Notes: a model not told the origin generated them from the sequence alone. Shown: positions 15,935-25,144, counted from the stretch's first letter. The stretch is DNA of 46,371 nucleotides from an uncultured bacterium (GCA_902796825.1 CADBQQ010000053.1:1-46371); one strand, 5' to 3'. Numbers and translations: made by a program.

Positions 15935-16798
15935 TTACTTATTCATTTTCAAATAGTTTACTTTATCCCAGCTTAAATCAATATACTTGATTTGACCATC
16001 CACCTCGCTAATTTGCGGTAAAATTGTATAAATTCTTTTTATTCTGTCAAATATAGTGCTGTCTAAGACTCCCAGTCTTATTTGTGTTGTTTGAATTTTC
16101 ACATATATGTCATTAGAATTGCGCATATCAACATATTCTACTTTTTCTTTTGAATATGTTTCAACTGACTTTACTATCTTTTCAATTTCTTTAACTTTAT
16201 CAAAATTCCACTCTTTATTATACTTTGCAAGAATTTTGATTGAATCAGGTGTTTGAGCCAAATTCATATAATTTTTATTGGTAACAAGAACTCCGTCAGA
16301 TGTATAAAAAGCTTCCGGTTTTGCTTGCAAATCAGGCTTTATGACTGCAAGCGGTGTTCTTTCACGTATAATAATTTGAAATCTTGCGGGGAAACCGTAT
16401 CTGCGTACATAAATGCTGTCAACAACAGGTATTTTGTACAATTCATGTTTTATGGGCTTCACGCTGACCATAAATATTGGGAATTTTGATACAGGAATAT
16501 CTTTTATAACTTTATATACAATATTGGTTGGAATAATCTTGTTATTTATAACTTGTATAATTTCAGGATTTTGAGATTTAAATGTATCTTGCGGTAAATA
16601 CCATTGTTTTAATGTAAAAAATTTATAACAAAGAAAACATAAAGCAAGAGTAAGTAAAAAGCGCAAAAACACTTGAAGCTTTTTAACTTTTTTTCTCTTT
16701 TTTCTTATATTTCTCTCCTTTTGCTTGTGTTTGACTGAAGTTTTTGCTTCAAATTCAGCCTGTTTAGCTTCAGAGATATTGTTTTCACCGTCAATCAT
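15935..16798 (-). CDS. ftsQ: Cell division protein FtsQ/DivIB-like
   Basis: Basic N-terminus, single TM (FLRFLLTLALCFLCYKFF), POTRA-like region, and position directly after ddl. Its start overlaps the ddl stop (TAATG). Confidence 0.7.
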   Translation of the reverse strand: MIDGENNISEAKQAEFEAKTSVKHKQKERNIRKKRKKVKKLQVFLRFLLTLALCFLCYKFFTLKQWYLPQDTFKSQNPEIIQVINNKIIPTNIVYKVIKDIPVSKFPIFMVSVKPIKHELYKIPVVDSIYVRRYGFPARFQIIIRERTPLAVIKPDLQAKPEAFYTSDGVLVTNKNYMNLAQTPDSIKILAKYNKEWNFDKVKEIEKIVKSVETYSKEKVEYVDMRNSNDIYVKIQTTQIRLGVLDSTIFDRIKRIYTILPQISEVDGQIKYIDLSWDKVNYLKMNK

Positions 16799-17751
16799 TA
16801 TTTGTTTAATCCTGCGCTGTTTAAAATTATTTGTACTAAATCATCATAGCTAATTCCCATTACTTTTGATTGTGCGGGAAGATCGCTTGTTGAAGTCATA
16901 CCCGGAGAAGTATTAATTTCGATAACATAAGGAATACCGTCTTTGCTAATCATAAAATCTACCCTTGAAACCCCGCGACATCCTGCGGTTTCGTGGGCTT
17001 TAACTGAGATTTCTTTAGTGCGTTTGGTTAATTCTTCGCTTAGATTTGCCGGCAAAATAAATTCAGACATTCCTGCCGTATATTTTGCTTCAAAATCGTA
17101 CCATTCATTTTTGGGACGAATTTCAAGTATTTCTGTTGCAAAGTTTTTGCCGTCTTTTTCTAAAACACCAACTGTAACAAAAACACCATCAATAAATTCT
17201 TCTATTAAGACATCATCATTGTATTTAACAGCTTCGTTATAGGCATCTTGCAATTCTTCTCTTGTATTAACTTTTGTCATACCAAAGCTTGAACCTTCAC
17301 TTACAGGTTTGGTAATAACGGGGAATTTTAAAGATTTTGTCATTTCATCAACATTTTCCCCTTTGCGAACGAATACAGATTTTGCCATAGGTATATCAGC
17401 ACATGTTGAAAGAATTCGTTTTGTATATTCTTTGTTCATACAAATGGCAGAACTCATAACTCCGCAGCCGGTGTAAGGGATTTGCAGGATTTCAAGGATT
17501 CCTTGAATACATCCGTCCTCTCCGTATTTTCCATGCAGAGCATTATAAGCATAATCGTATTTTCCGTTTTTTAATTTTTCGGAAATATTTTTATCAACTT
17601 CAACGAGTTCTGCGTTTTTATAACCTAATCTTTGTAAAGCTTCAAAACATCCTTTGCCTGAACGTCTTGAAACTTCAGCTTCTGAAGACATTCCGCCGCA
17701 AAGTACAGCGATTTTTGCATCAAGATTTATTTTTTGTTCAATATTTGCCAT
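16798..17751 (-). CDS. ddl: D-alanine--D-alanine ligase
   Basis: ATP-grasp fold with typical segments LHGKYGEDGCIQG, SSFGM and VIEINTSPGMT. Confidence 0.95.
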   Translation of the reverse strand: MANIEQKINLDAKIAVLCGGMSSEAEVSRRSGKGCFEALQRLGYKNAELVEVDKNISEKLKNGKYDYAYNALHGKYGEDGCIQGILEILQIPYTGCGVMSSAICMNKEYTKRILSTCADIPMAKSVFVRKGENVDEMTKSLKFPVITKPVSEGSSFGMTKVNTREELQDAYNEAVKYNDDVLIEEFIDGVFVTVGVLEKDGKNFATEILEIRPKNEWYDFEAKYTAGMSEFILPANLSEELTKRTKEISVKAHETAGCRGVSRVDFMISKDGIPYVIEINTSPGMTSTSDLPAQSKVMGISYDDLVQIILNSAGLNK

Positions 17752-18638
17752 AATTCATTTTCCTCGCTATTTTTACCGCCCAGAAATTTAATTTCAGGTT
17801 CTAATATAATATTGTATTCTTCTTTTACACGATTTTGTAATTCGTACATAAGTTTTAAAATGTCAAGAGATGAGCCGTCTGCAATATTTACGATAAAGTT
17901 TGCGTGATTTCTCCAAACTCTCACTCCGCCCATCATTATTTCTTTTGCGCCTACACTTTCTAACAGTCTGCCTGCCGGATTTCCTGTCGGATTTTTAAAT
18001 ATACTTCCGCAATTTGGCAAAGCAAGAGATGGCTGGTGTGTACGTCTAAAATTCAAATTTTCATCCATCTGTTTTTGAATTTCGTCAGAACTTTTATAGT
18101 TTAATTCAAATCCCGCCTGCAAAACTATAAGCCTGTCTTTTTCACATCGCGAACATCTGTAACCAAATCCCATATCTTCTTTTGAATAGTGGATTAGTCC
18201 GAATTTGCGTGAATAGCAGAGGACATTTGTCAAATTGTCACTTATACATTGATCGTGAGCGGAAGCGTTCATATAAACTTCACCTCCGATAGAACCCGGA
18301 AAACCTATCATAAATTCCAAGCCGGAAAGCCCTGCTTTACAAACTTCCTGCGCAAGCTTTGGACCATTTACTCCGCAATCTGCCGCAACTTTTTCCCCGT
18401 CAATTGAAATATTGTTCATTGCGGAAGTCAAAATTATGCTTTCATCATAACCCCAACTTGAGACTAAAGTATTGGAAAGATTTCCAAAAACTTCTGTTTC
18501 AGGATTTTTTTCGATAATTTGTTGAAATTCCTCAATACTTTCAGGGAAAAATACTTTTTTTATTTTCCCTCCGCATTTGAATGATGTAAGTTTTTTTATA
18601 TCAAAGTTTTCTTTAATTTCCAACTTTGACCCTCTCAT
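17727..18638 (-). CDS. murB: UDP-N-acetylenolpyruvoylglucosamine reductase
   Basis: FAD-binding MurB-type sequence (GGEVYMNASA, PNCGSIFKNP). The start is uncertain, since the 26-nt overlap with murC leaves an alternative TTG at 18623. Confidence 0.9.
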   Translation of the reverse strand: MRGSKLEIKENFDIKKLTSFKCGGKIKKVFFPESIEEFQQIIEKNPETEVFGNLSNTLVSSWGYDESIILTSAMNNISIDGEKVAADCGVNGPKLAQEVCKAGLSGLEFMIGFPGSIGGEVYMNASAHDQCISDNLTNVLCYSRKFGLIHYSKEDMGFGYRCSRCEKDRLIVLQAGFELNYKSSDEIQKQMDENLNFRRTHQPSLALPNCGSIFKNPTGNPAGRLLESVGAKEIMMGGVRVWRNHANFIVNIADGSSLDILKLMYELQNRVKEEYNIILEPEIKFLGGKNSEENELWQILNKK

Positions 18639-20022
18639 TATTTACTTGAAGAAGTTCTTTGCCAAGATTAGTAATGCTTCCTGCGCCAAGTCCTATTACG
18701 ATATCTCCTGATTTTAATGTCGGGAAAAGCTTTTTGGCAACTTCTGAGATGCTGCCTTGAATATATTCACAAGGAATTTCAATTTTTTCTTTCAATTCAT
18801 TTGTGAAAATTTCAGAATTTACACCCTCTATAGGAGTTTCGCTTGCTGCGTAAACGTCAGTTACTACCACTCTGTCAACACTTGAAAATGCTTCCATAAA
18901 TTCATTCCAGAGATTTTGTAATCTTGTGTATCTGTGCGGTTGGAAAACTGCAATTACGTTTCTGTCTTTAAAAGATTTTGAAGCGCTTAAAGTTGCTTTA
19001 ATTTCTGTCGGGTGATGAGCGTAGTCATCATAAATTGTAATTCCGTTGAATTCGCTAACTTTTTGAAAACGTCTGCCCATTCCTGTAAAATCAGCAAAAT
19101 AAGGATTTACACAAGAAGTATCCACTCCGGCTTCTTTTAAGCTTGCCCAAACAGCAAGTGAATTGTATACGTTATGTACACCTTTTAAACAAATTTTTAA
19201 TGTTGTTTGAAATTCATTTTTATAATATATGTCAAACGTTGTAAATTCTTCACCATAATTTATATTTTTCGCGCAATAATCAGTGTTGCCACCAATAGAG
19301 TATGTTACAAATTTTGCATTATGACCGAGTTCGTGTTCTGAAAAATACTTAACCAGTAGTTTTACTCCGTCATTATCGGTATTTGCAAGAATAATACCGT
19401 TTTCACGCATATTTGAAATAAATTTTTCAAAAGTTTCCAATATAGATTCCAAACCGTTTTTGTAAAAATCTAAATGATCAGGCTCAAGATTATTTACTAC
19501 AACCAGATTTGGCGAATATTTTACAATCGTTCCGTCGCTTTCGTCTAATTCCGCTATGAAATATTTTTTGTGTGAACAGTCTGCATTCGTGTTGAAATCC
19601 GGTATTATTCCGCCAACAACGTAAGACGGTTTTAATCCTGCTTTTCCCATTACGTAAGAGCATAAACCGGAAGTCGTTGTTTTACCGTGTGTTCCTGAGT
19701 ATCCTATGAAAAATTCTTCATTTCGAGAAATTTCTGCCAGTAAATCTGATCTGTGCCAAATAGGAAGTCCAAGACGTTTGGCTTTTTGTATCTCAGGATT
19801 TGAGTCTTTGATTGCGGTGCTTGCTATTACCGTACAATTTTCAGGCAAATTGCTTTCATCATGTCCTATGTATACTGTTGCGCCTAAATCGCGGACACTT
19901 TTTACATATTTGCTGTCGCTGATATCGGAGCCTGAGACTTCAAAACCGTTTTGCAAAAGATATTTTGCAAGCCCGCTCATTCCTACTCCTCCGATTGCTA
20001 TAAAATGGTATTTCTTTTTCAA
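18613..20022 (-). CDS. murC: UDP-N-acetylmuramate--L-alanine ligase
   Basis: IGGVGMSGLA and GTHGKTTT motifs. The apparent start is TTG with AGGGA upstream. Confidence 0.95.
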   Translation of the reverse strand: MKKKYHFIAIGGVGMSGLAKYLLQNGFEVSGSDISDSKYVKSVRDLGATVYIGHDESNLPENCTVIASTAIKDSNPEIQKAKRLGLPIWHRSDLLAEISRNEEFFIGYSGTHGKTTTSGLCSYVMGKAGLKPSYVVGGIIPDFNTNADCSHKKYFIAELDESDGTIVKYSPNLVVVNNLEPDHLDFYKNGLESILETFEKFISNMRENGIILANTDNDGVKLLVKYFSEHELGHNAKFVTYSIGGNTDYCAKNINYGEEFTTFDIYYKNEFQTTLKICLKGVHNVYNSLAVWASLKEAGVDTSCVNPYFADFTGMGRRFQKVSEFNGITIYDDYAHHPTEIKATLSASKSFKDRNVIAVFQPHRYTRLQNLWNEFMEAFSSVDRVVVTDVYAASETPIEGVNSEIFTNELKEKIEIPCEYIQGSISEVAKKLFPTLKSGDIVIGLGAGSITNLGKELLQVNNERVKVGN

Positions 20023-20147
20023 AATTACATCCCTATCTATTTATATTTGTGTTTATACCAATTATAATACTAAAATCTTAATCGTCGCAGAATTTTATAA
20101 ATTTTAACATACCGGCAAAAAATATTTTTAGAATTTTATATTTAATT

Positions 20148-20702
20148 ATGCTGAAATATCCTCCGTTAAAACCTCAAAAAATTCCGGAAAGTTTAATATA
20201 TAAAAGATTGTTGACCGAACCTGTAAGAAGGCGGTTTTCCTATAGGTACAATGTAATGTTTAGTACAAAAACCGGTAAAAAGCAGGCAATAATGTCTTAT
20301 GTACCAACATTTAGTTTCCCGAAAGGCAAACCTGTAAAATCTTTATATATAAGCTATTTATATTCATTTGAAAGTGGTCATGGTTATGGGACAAAGATGC
20401 TGAATTTTGCACGTAATTGTAGTATAAAGGAAGGATGTGGCGGACGATTTCATTTGGATGCGAGTATTTCATTATTGCCTCAAAAGGTTCCTCATATTTT
20501 CTATAGGAAATATGGTATGACAACTTACAATAAAAAGTTGGACAAAAAAATAGATAAATTTATAAAGCAGGGTAAAACGGCTACCAGTAGTGATTTTTCT
20601 GATATAGCAATGTATTACAATCCGCAAGAAAATAATAAGAAATCACAATTAAGAAAATTGTTGAATAAATTAAAAATATGGTTTGGTGCGAATAAATCTT
20701 AA
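20148..20702 (+). CDS. Hypothetical 184-aa basic protein, weakly GNAT-like
   Basis: The ESGHGYGTKMLNFA segment resembles the GNAT acetyl-CoA loop. The rest I do not recognise. Confidence 0.5.
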   Translation: MLKYPPLKPQKIPESLIYKRLLTEPVRRRFSYRYNVMFSTKTGKKQAIMSYVPTFSFPKGKPVKSLYISYLYSFESGHGYGTKMLNFARNCSIKEGCGGRFHLDASISLLPQKVPHIFYRKYGMTTYNKKLDKKIDKFIKQGKTATSSDFSDIAMYYNPQENNKKSQLRKLLNKLKIWFGANKS

Positions 20703-20753
20703 TTCATATCCGAGAATTTGTCCTATAAGTTTTGCTATTTACTTACATAAACG

Positions 20754-20779
20754 AACCGCAGGTTTTATAACCTGCGGTT
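20754..20779. terminator. Hairpin between convergent genes; possible bidirectional terminator with weak U-runs
   Basis: AACCGCAGGTT-ttat-AACCTGCGGTT, a perfect 11-bp stem. Confidence 0.5.
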
Positions 20780-20807
20780 AATTGATTTATAATTTAACAC
20801 GAGTAGT

Positions 20808-21182
20808 TTATTCTTCCATCGCTTTTATTTCTTCAACTTCATCAGCAACTTCTGCTTCAACATCACGAATTGAGGCTTTGCTTGAAGAAATATTCTTATC
20901 TTTAAATTTTGTGATTTGTCTTGCAAATTTGTCTGCTAACAAATCGATACTTGCATACATTGATTCTGCAGCTTCTTCACAGCGAATTACACCGGAATTA
21001 GTTCTACAACTAAGTTCTGCAATATTTTTGCCTTCTGCTGCAGGGTTTTTAATAACTGTCAAAACAACGTCAATGCCTTGAATTTGGTCATAACGTGCAG
21101 CTACTTTGCCGATTTTCTCTTTTACATAAGCTTTAATAGCTTCTGTAATTTCAATGTTTTTCCCGTTAACGTGAATGTGCAT
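20808..21182 (-). CDS. hpf: Ribosome hibernation promoting factor / RaiA family, with an acidic C-terminal tail
   Basis: MHIHVNGKNIEITEAIKAYVKEKI and SMYASIDLLADKFARQI are typical of the S30AE family. I moved the start to ATG 21182, which has a GGAGG SD. Confidence 0.85.
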   Translation of the reverse strand: MHIHVNGKNIEITEAIKAYVKEKIGKVAARYDQIQGIDVVLTVIKNPAAEGKNIAELSCRTNSGVIRCEEAAESMYASIDLLADKFARQITKFKDKNISSSKASIRDVEAEVADEVEEIKAMEE

Positions 21183-21255
21183 ATAAAACCTCCGTTCTTC
21201 ACTTACTGTGCTTACATAGTATAACACAGTCAAAGTATTTTTTAAAGGGTAATAA

Positions 21256-21480
21256 CTAAACTTCTTCTTCTAAAAATTGAGGAAGTTCTACATCAGGAGT
21301 ACCAATAACTCTAACCAATTCAAGAACTGAAGCTTTCATCTGACATTTTTGAGATGAACCGCTAAAGAAATCCTTATAAAAACAACCTTCGCAATTGCAT
21401 CCGCGTTTATAACATTCAACCGCAGTTGTAGTCCATCTCCTTACTGCAACTGCTCTGCCCATATCCCTACTTCTAAACAA
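21256..21480 (-). CDS. Small Cys-rich protein (C-x5-C-x-C-x2-C), unknown function
   Basis: The start is TTG 21480 with GGAG 10 nt upstream, or ATG 21462. The cysteine segment is WTTTAVECYKRGCNCEGCFY. The gene is preceded by a ~100-nt leader. Confidence 0.55.
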   Translation of the reverse strand: MFRSRDMGRAVAVRRWTTTAVECYKRGCNCEGCFYKDFFSGSSQKCQMKASVLELVRVIGTPDVELPQFLEEEV

Positions 21481-21588
21481 TTTTATAAATCTCCACTTAT
21501 CTGATTAATGTCCCGATATACCAGAAAAATATTCGGGAACCTCCCCTCAAAGCCGTAAAATCAATGACTTTCGACTTTCCATATACCA

Positions 21589-21616
21589 ATTATAAAAAAT
21601 AAGATTTTTTTTTCAA
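21589..21616 (-). promoter_or_regulatory. Sigma-70-like promoter TTGAAA-N16-TATAAT for the Cys-rich gene
   Basis: Minus-sense read is ccccTTGAAAaaaaaatcttatttttTATAATtgg. Confidence 0.45.
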
Positions 21617-21741
21617 GGGGCATACATGTTGTTATGAAGTTTTGTAACATAGGACTAAAAGCCGTAACTGTAAAGCTTTTCGCCCTGTCAATAATCCCGT
21701 AAATCATGATATATCATGATTATTGCGCCTTATAATCGCAG

Positions 21742-21765
21742 AAAACCATGTCCGGACATGGTTTT
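21742..21765. other. Perfect 24-nt palindrome AAAACCATGTCCGGACATGGTTTT in a 680-bp non-coding gap
   Basis: Read directly. It is followed by a partial repeat ACATGGTTTTT. Confidence 0.8.
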
Positions 21766-22160
21766 ACATGGTTTTTATAATTATTAAGTTTTGTAAAAAT
21801 ATCATCAATTTTGCCAAAATATAGCCAAATAACACAAAAAGGCATGGTTTCAGAAAGTGAAATACATGCCTCTTTGCTACGGCAAAAATAAATCAGGTCA
21901 TGCAAATCTGACATATATAATTTTTGCCGTTTTGTACTTTACCGCATCGTTGCATGTCCGTTAAAGTCACGGTGTAACTCGGCTGAAAGTACAGAGAAAT
22001 TTTTTTTGTGAATTAATTATTCCTTTCTTTTATATGATATACTTCCGTGAAAATTTTTATATCGGATGAAAGCATTGTGTTTTAATCTGCAAATCCTGCA
22101 CTTTTGTTCAATAGACTTTAGCGGTTAATAGAAAATAATAGCTCTATAAAGGAGTGTTAT

Positions 22161-22562
22161 ATGGTTTGTAAAGTGCTTTTCTTTGATATGAATGAGGAAG
22201 AAAAAACTTATTTGGAAGAACATAAATCTGATTATTTCAATATTGAATTTTTCGAAAACAGTTTAAATGATGAAACTGTAAAATGTATAAAAACCCGCGA
22301 TTTTGAAGAAGCGGTGATGATTAGCGTTCGTCCGCATTCGAGGGTTAGTGAGAATATTATAAAAAGATTTGAAAACTTAAGGCTCATTGCTTCGCGTGCG
22401 CAAGAATACAATTACATTGACTGGCGATATTGTCTTAATAATAACATCGCAATTATAAATGTAGAAACAAATAAAGACAATTCTTATGAATATATTTTAA
22501 AAAATTCTTTTGCGGGAATGACGGATTTCTTGTGCGGCGGGAAGGATTATCGTGTTGTTTAA
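22161..22562 (+). CDS. Stand-alone N-terminal (substrate-binding) domain of a D-isomer 2-hydroxyacid dehydrogenase; the NAD-binding domain is absent
   Basis: KVLFFDMNEEEKTYLEE...RLIASRAQEYNYID...NIAIINV matches the first ~110 aa of D-LDH-like enzymes. There is no GxGxxG Rossmann segment. AAAGGAG SD. Confidence 0.6.
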   Translation: MVCKVLFFDMNEEEKTYLEEHKSDYFNIEFFENSLNDETVKCIKTRDFEEAVMISVRPHSRVSENIIKRFENLRLIASRAQEYNYIDWRYCLNNNIAIINVETNKDNSYEYILKNSFAGMTDFLCGGKDYRVV

Positions 22563-22608
22563 TGTTAAAATTTTTACTTAAACAAAAAAATGCACTACAA
22601 TATTTGTT

Positions 22609-23946
22609 ATGAAAGTTGTTTTTGTGCCAATAGATAACAGGCCGGTGTGCTATACATTACCTGAAATAATTGCGGAGATTGATGATAATATAGATTTTCT
22701 CATTCCGCCGCGTGCTATGCTCGGAGATTTAACAAAGTCTGCTGATATAAACAGGCTGCTTGGTTGGTTGGCAAAAATACCGGAAACGGACGCGATAATT
22801 CTATCTTTGGATACCCTTGCTTATGGTGGTCTTATTCCGTCCAGAAGAAGCTCTGATACTTTTGAACAAATAAAATCAAGAATTTTGAGATTAAAAGAAA
22901 TCTTGCAAGTCAAAGGAGCTAAAATTTATGCATTTTCAAGTATAATGCGTATTTCTAACAACAATTTCAATATAGAAGAAAAAGAATACTGGGCGCAGTG
23001 GGGAAAGAAAATCTTTGAATACTCATTCTATACCCATAAAATCGGGATTTCACCCGTGAATGATATTCCGAGTGAAATTCTCAAAGATTATCTTGAAACA
23101 AGAAAAAGAAATTTTGAGATAAATAAAATATATTTGGAGTGGCAAAAAGAAGGCTTATTTGACACATTGATTTTTTCAAAAGATGATTGCGCAGAATACG
23201 GACTCAATGTTCAAGAAGCGCAAGAGCTTGAAAAAATGGGCGCTTTTACTAAAACCGGTGCGGATGAAATTCCGTTAAGTTTATTTTCGCGCGCAATTTC
23301 AGGCGAAATTAAAATTTGTCCGATTTTTCTTGAACCCGAAAGTAAAAATCTTATTTCAAATTACGAAGACATTTCTATTGAAAATTCCGTGAAAGGGCAA
23401 ATCGAGCTTGCGGGAGGCAAATGTTGCCGCGAAAATGAAGCAGACATTTTATTATACATAAACAATTTTAAAGACCATCAAGGTGAAATTGTTATGAATA
23501 TTGATACTGAAATGTTCAATGGTATTTTTGAAGTTCCCAAAAAGCCTTATATGATTGCGGATGTAAGGTTTGCTAACGGTGCAGATAACAATTTTGTAAA
23601 AGAATTATTCAAAAATAATATTGATGATAAATATTTCTTTGGTTATTGCGCATGGAATACTTCGGCAAATACTTTAGGAAGTTTAATTTGCGGGGCAAAA
23701 GTTAAATTTTTTGCGCAAAGATATAACAAAATTGCTTTTAACAGACTTCAAGTAACAAGATTTCTTGATGATTGGGCTTATCAGGCAAATGTTCGTCAAA
23801 ATCTTGACGAGTTAAATATTGATAAACTATACCGGGAAATGAAAGATTATGAGAAAGTTGTGGGTGAGAAATTGGGGATAGATTTCAGTGTTGAATATAT
23901 TTTCCCATGGAACAGATTGTTTGAGGTAGAAATTGGATTTAATTGA
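22609..23946 (+). CDS. DUF4127 family protein
   Basis: MKVVFVPIDNRPVCY...LSLDTLAYGGLIPSR... resembles DUF4127 as I recall it. There is no SD, and TACAAT sits 7 nt upstream of the ATG. Confidence 0.65.
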   Translation: MKVVFVPIDNRPVCYTLPEIIAEIDDNIDFLIPPRAMLGDLTKSADINRLLGWLAKIPETDAIILSLDTLAYGGLIPSRRSSDTFEQIKSRILRLKEILQVKGAKIYAFSSIMRISNNNFNIEEKEYWAQWGKKIFEYSFYTHKIGISPVNDIPSEILKDYLETRKRNFEINKIYLEWQKEGLFDTLIFSKDDCAEYGLNVQEAQELEKMGAFTKTGADEIPLSLFSRAISGEIKICPIFLEPESKNLISNYEDISIENSVKGQIELAGGKCCRENEADILLYINNFKDHQGEIVMNIDTEMFNGIFEVPKKPYMIADVRFANGADNNFVKELFKNNIDDKYFFGYCAWNTSANTLGSLICGAKVKFFAQRYNKIAFNRLQVTRFLDDWAYQANVRQNLDELNIDKLYREMKDYEKVVGEKLGIDFSVEYIFPWNRLFEVEIGFN

Positions 23947-24478
23947 TATAATATTACTTGCAATTGCTCTCGGGGTTGATTGTTTAGTCGTTTCATTCTC
24001 ACAGGGGCTAATATTTACCTCGCAAAGGACAAAGAACTCTCTGCGTCTTGCTTTGTGTATGGGGTTATTTCAGGGCCTAATGCCGATTATAGGCTATATA
24101 GGCGCACACAAAATTTACGATATACTCATTCCATACAGCAGATGGATAGTTTTCGGGATATTTTTTATATTGGGATTGCATTTTATTCTCGAGGCATTTC
24201 AAGAGAAGGTGCGTGAACAAATTTGCCGTATCGGTTTGAGATGTCTTATAGGTTTTGGTATTGCAACAAGTATAGATGCATTGATTTCCGGTGTTAGTTT
24301 AAGGTTAACGGCTGCGAATTTAATACTGGCATGTTCAATAATCGGAGTTGTATCGTTTGTTATGTCGCTTGCGGGTTTTTGGAGCGGAAACAGGTTTAAA
24401 AGTTTTCCGTCAAAATATCTTGAGATAACAGGCGGTTTGATACTTCTGGCACTTGCAGTGAAGTCCGCATTAGTTTAG
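23933..24478 (+). CDS. mntP: Manganese efflux pump MntP (DUF204)
   Basis: Six-TM protein starting DIILLAIALGVDCLVVSF, with the duplicated segment ATSIDALISGVS. The start is TTG with GAGG 6 nt upstream, and it overlaps the DUF4127 gene by 14 nt. Confidence 0.85.
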   Translation: MDLIDIILLAIALGVDCLVVSFSQGLIFTSQRTKNSLRLALCMGLFQGLMPIIGYIGAHKIYDILIPYSRWIVFGIFFILGLHFILEAFQEKVREQICRIGLRCLIGFGIATSIDALISGVSLRLTAANLILACSIIGVVSFVMSLAGFWSGNRFKSFPSKYLEITGGLILLALAVKSALV

Positions 24479-24490
24479 TGGTTGATAATA

Positions 24491-24706
24491 TTAATCAAAA
24501 GAAAAAATGTCTGAAAGAGTAACGCCAAGTGCCCTTGAAATTCTAAATAACATAATTATAGATATATTATTTTTTCCGCTTTCAATTTTACCAACGTAAG
24601 TCGGGTGAATTTTTACCTTTTCAGCAAGTGCTTCTTGAGTTAAGCCTTTCTCAAGTCTAATTCTTTTTAATGTGCACCCGAGTTTTTCTAATACTTTGGT
24701 ATTCAT
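24491..24706 (-). CDS. XRE-family HTH transcriptional regulator (71 aa)
   Basis: LKRIRLEKGLTQEALAEKVKIHPTYVGKIESGKNNISIIMLFRISRALGV. Confidence 0.88.
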   Translation of the reverse strand: MNTKVLEKLGCTLKRIRLEKGLTQEALAEKVKIHPTYVGKIESGKNNISIIMLFRISRALGVTLSDIFSFD

Positions 24707-24707
24707 A

Positions 24708-24736
24708 TTGACAATATAGACTGGTGCGCTTATTAT
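24708..24736 (+). promoter_or_regulatory. TTGACA-N17-TATTAT promoter for the HAD-like gene. It overlaps the divergent XRE gene's -10 (TATATT at 24713-24718, 6 nt from its ATG).
   Basis: Read directly on both strands. Confidence 0.5.
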
Positions 24737-24814
24737 TAGTATAGAATGATACGCTTGTTTTACAGTGATAATGCAATAATAGGTTAAAATATAAATAAAT
24801 TTTGAGGATAATTT

Positions 24815-25141
24815 ATGAGGACAATTTTAATGGATTTGGATGGGGTGCTTAATCAATACACCGGATATTACATGCCCGATTTCATACCCCCGATTAAATT
24901 CGGAGCAAAAGAGTTTGTCGCAAAATTGTCCCAAGACTACAAAATAATATTGTTTACTGCAAGACCTCAAAAATTAGCCGAAAATTGGTTGGTCGAAAAT
25001 AAACTAAATGGTTATATAAAAGAAGTTACAAACAAAAAAGTTCCCGCATATTTACACATAGACGACAGATGTATTAAATTTGACGGTGATTACTCCAATT
25101 TATATGATGAAATACAAAATTTTCATGTTTGGTATAGATAA
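24815..25141 (+). CDS. Minimal HAD-superfamily phosphatase / 5'(3')-nucleotidase-like protein
   Basis: DxDGV motif (MDLDGVL), LFTAR, and HIDDR. GAGGA SD. Confidence 0.65.
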   Translation: MRTILMDLDGVLNQYTGYYMPDFIPPIKFGAKEFVAKLSQDYKIILFTARPQKLAENWLVENKLNGYIKEVTNKKVPAYLHIDDRCIKFDGDYSNLYDEIQNFHVWYR

Positions 25142-25144
25142 AAA

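Noticed and set aside
21720-21914. 64-aa minus-strand ORF
   Set aside because: It has no SD and an odd composition, and it contains a perfect 24-nt palindrome and a terminator-like hairpin. The region is more likely non-coding.
23800-23946. A yybP-ykoY (Mn) riboswitch upstream of mntP
   Set aside because: mntP starts inside the DUF4127 coding sequence, so there is no leader. I also could not recognise the motif in the 21481-22160 gap.
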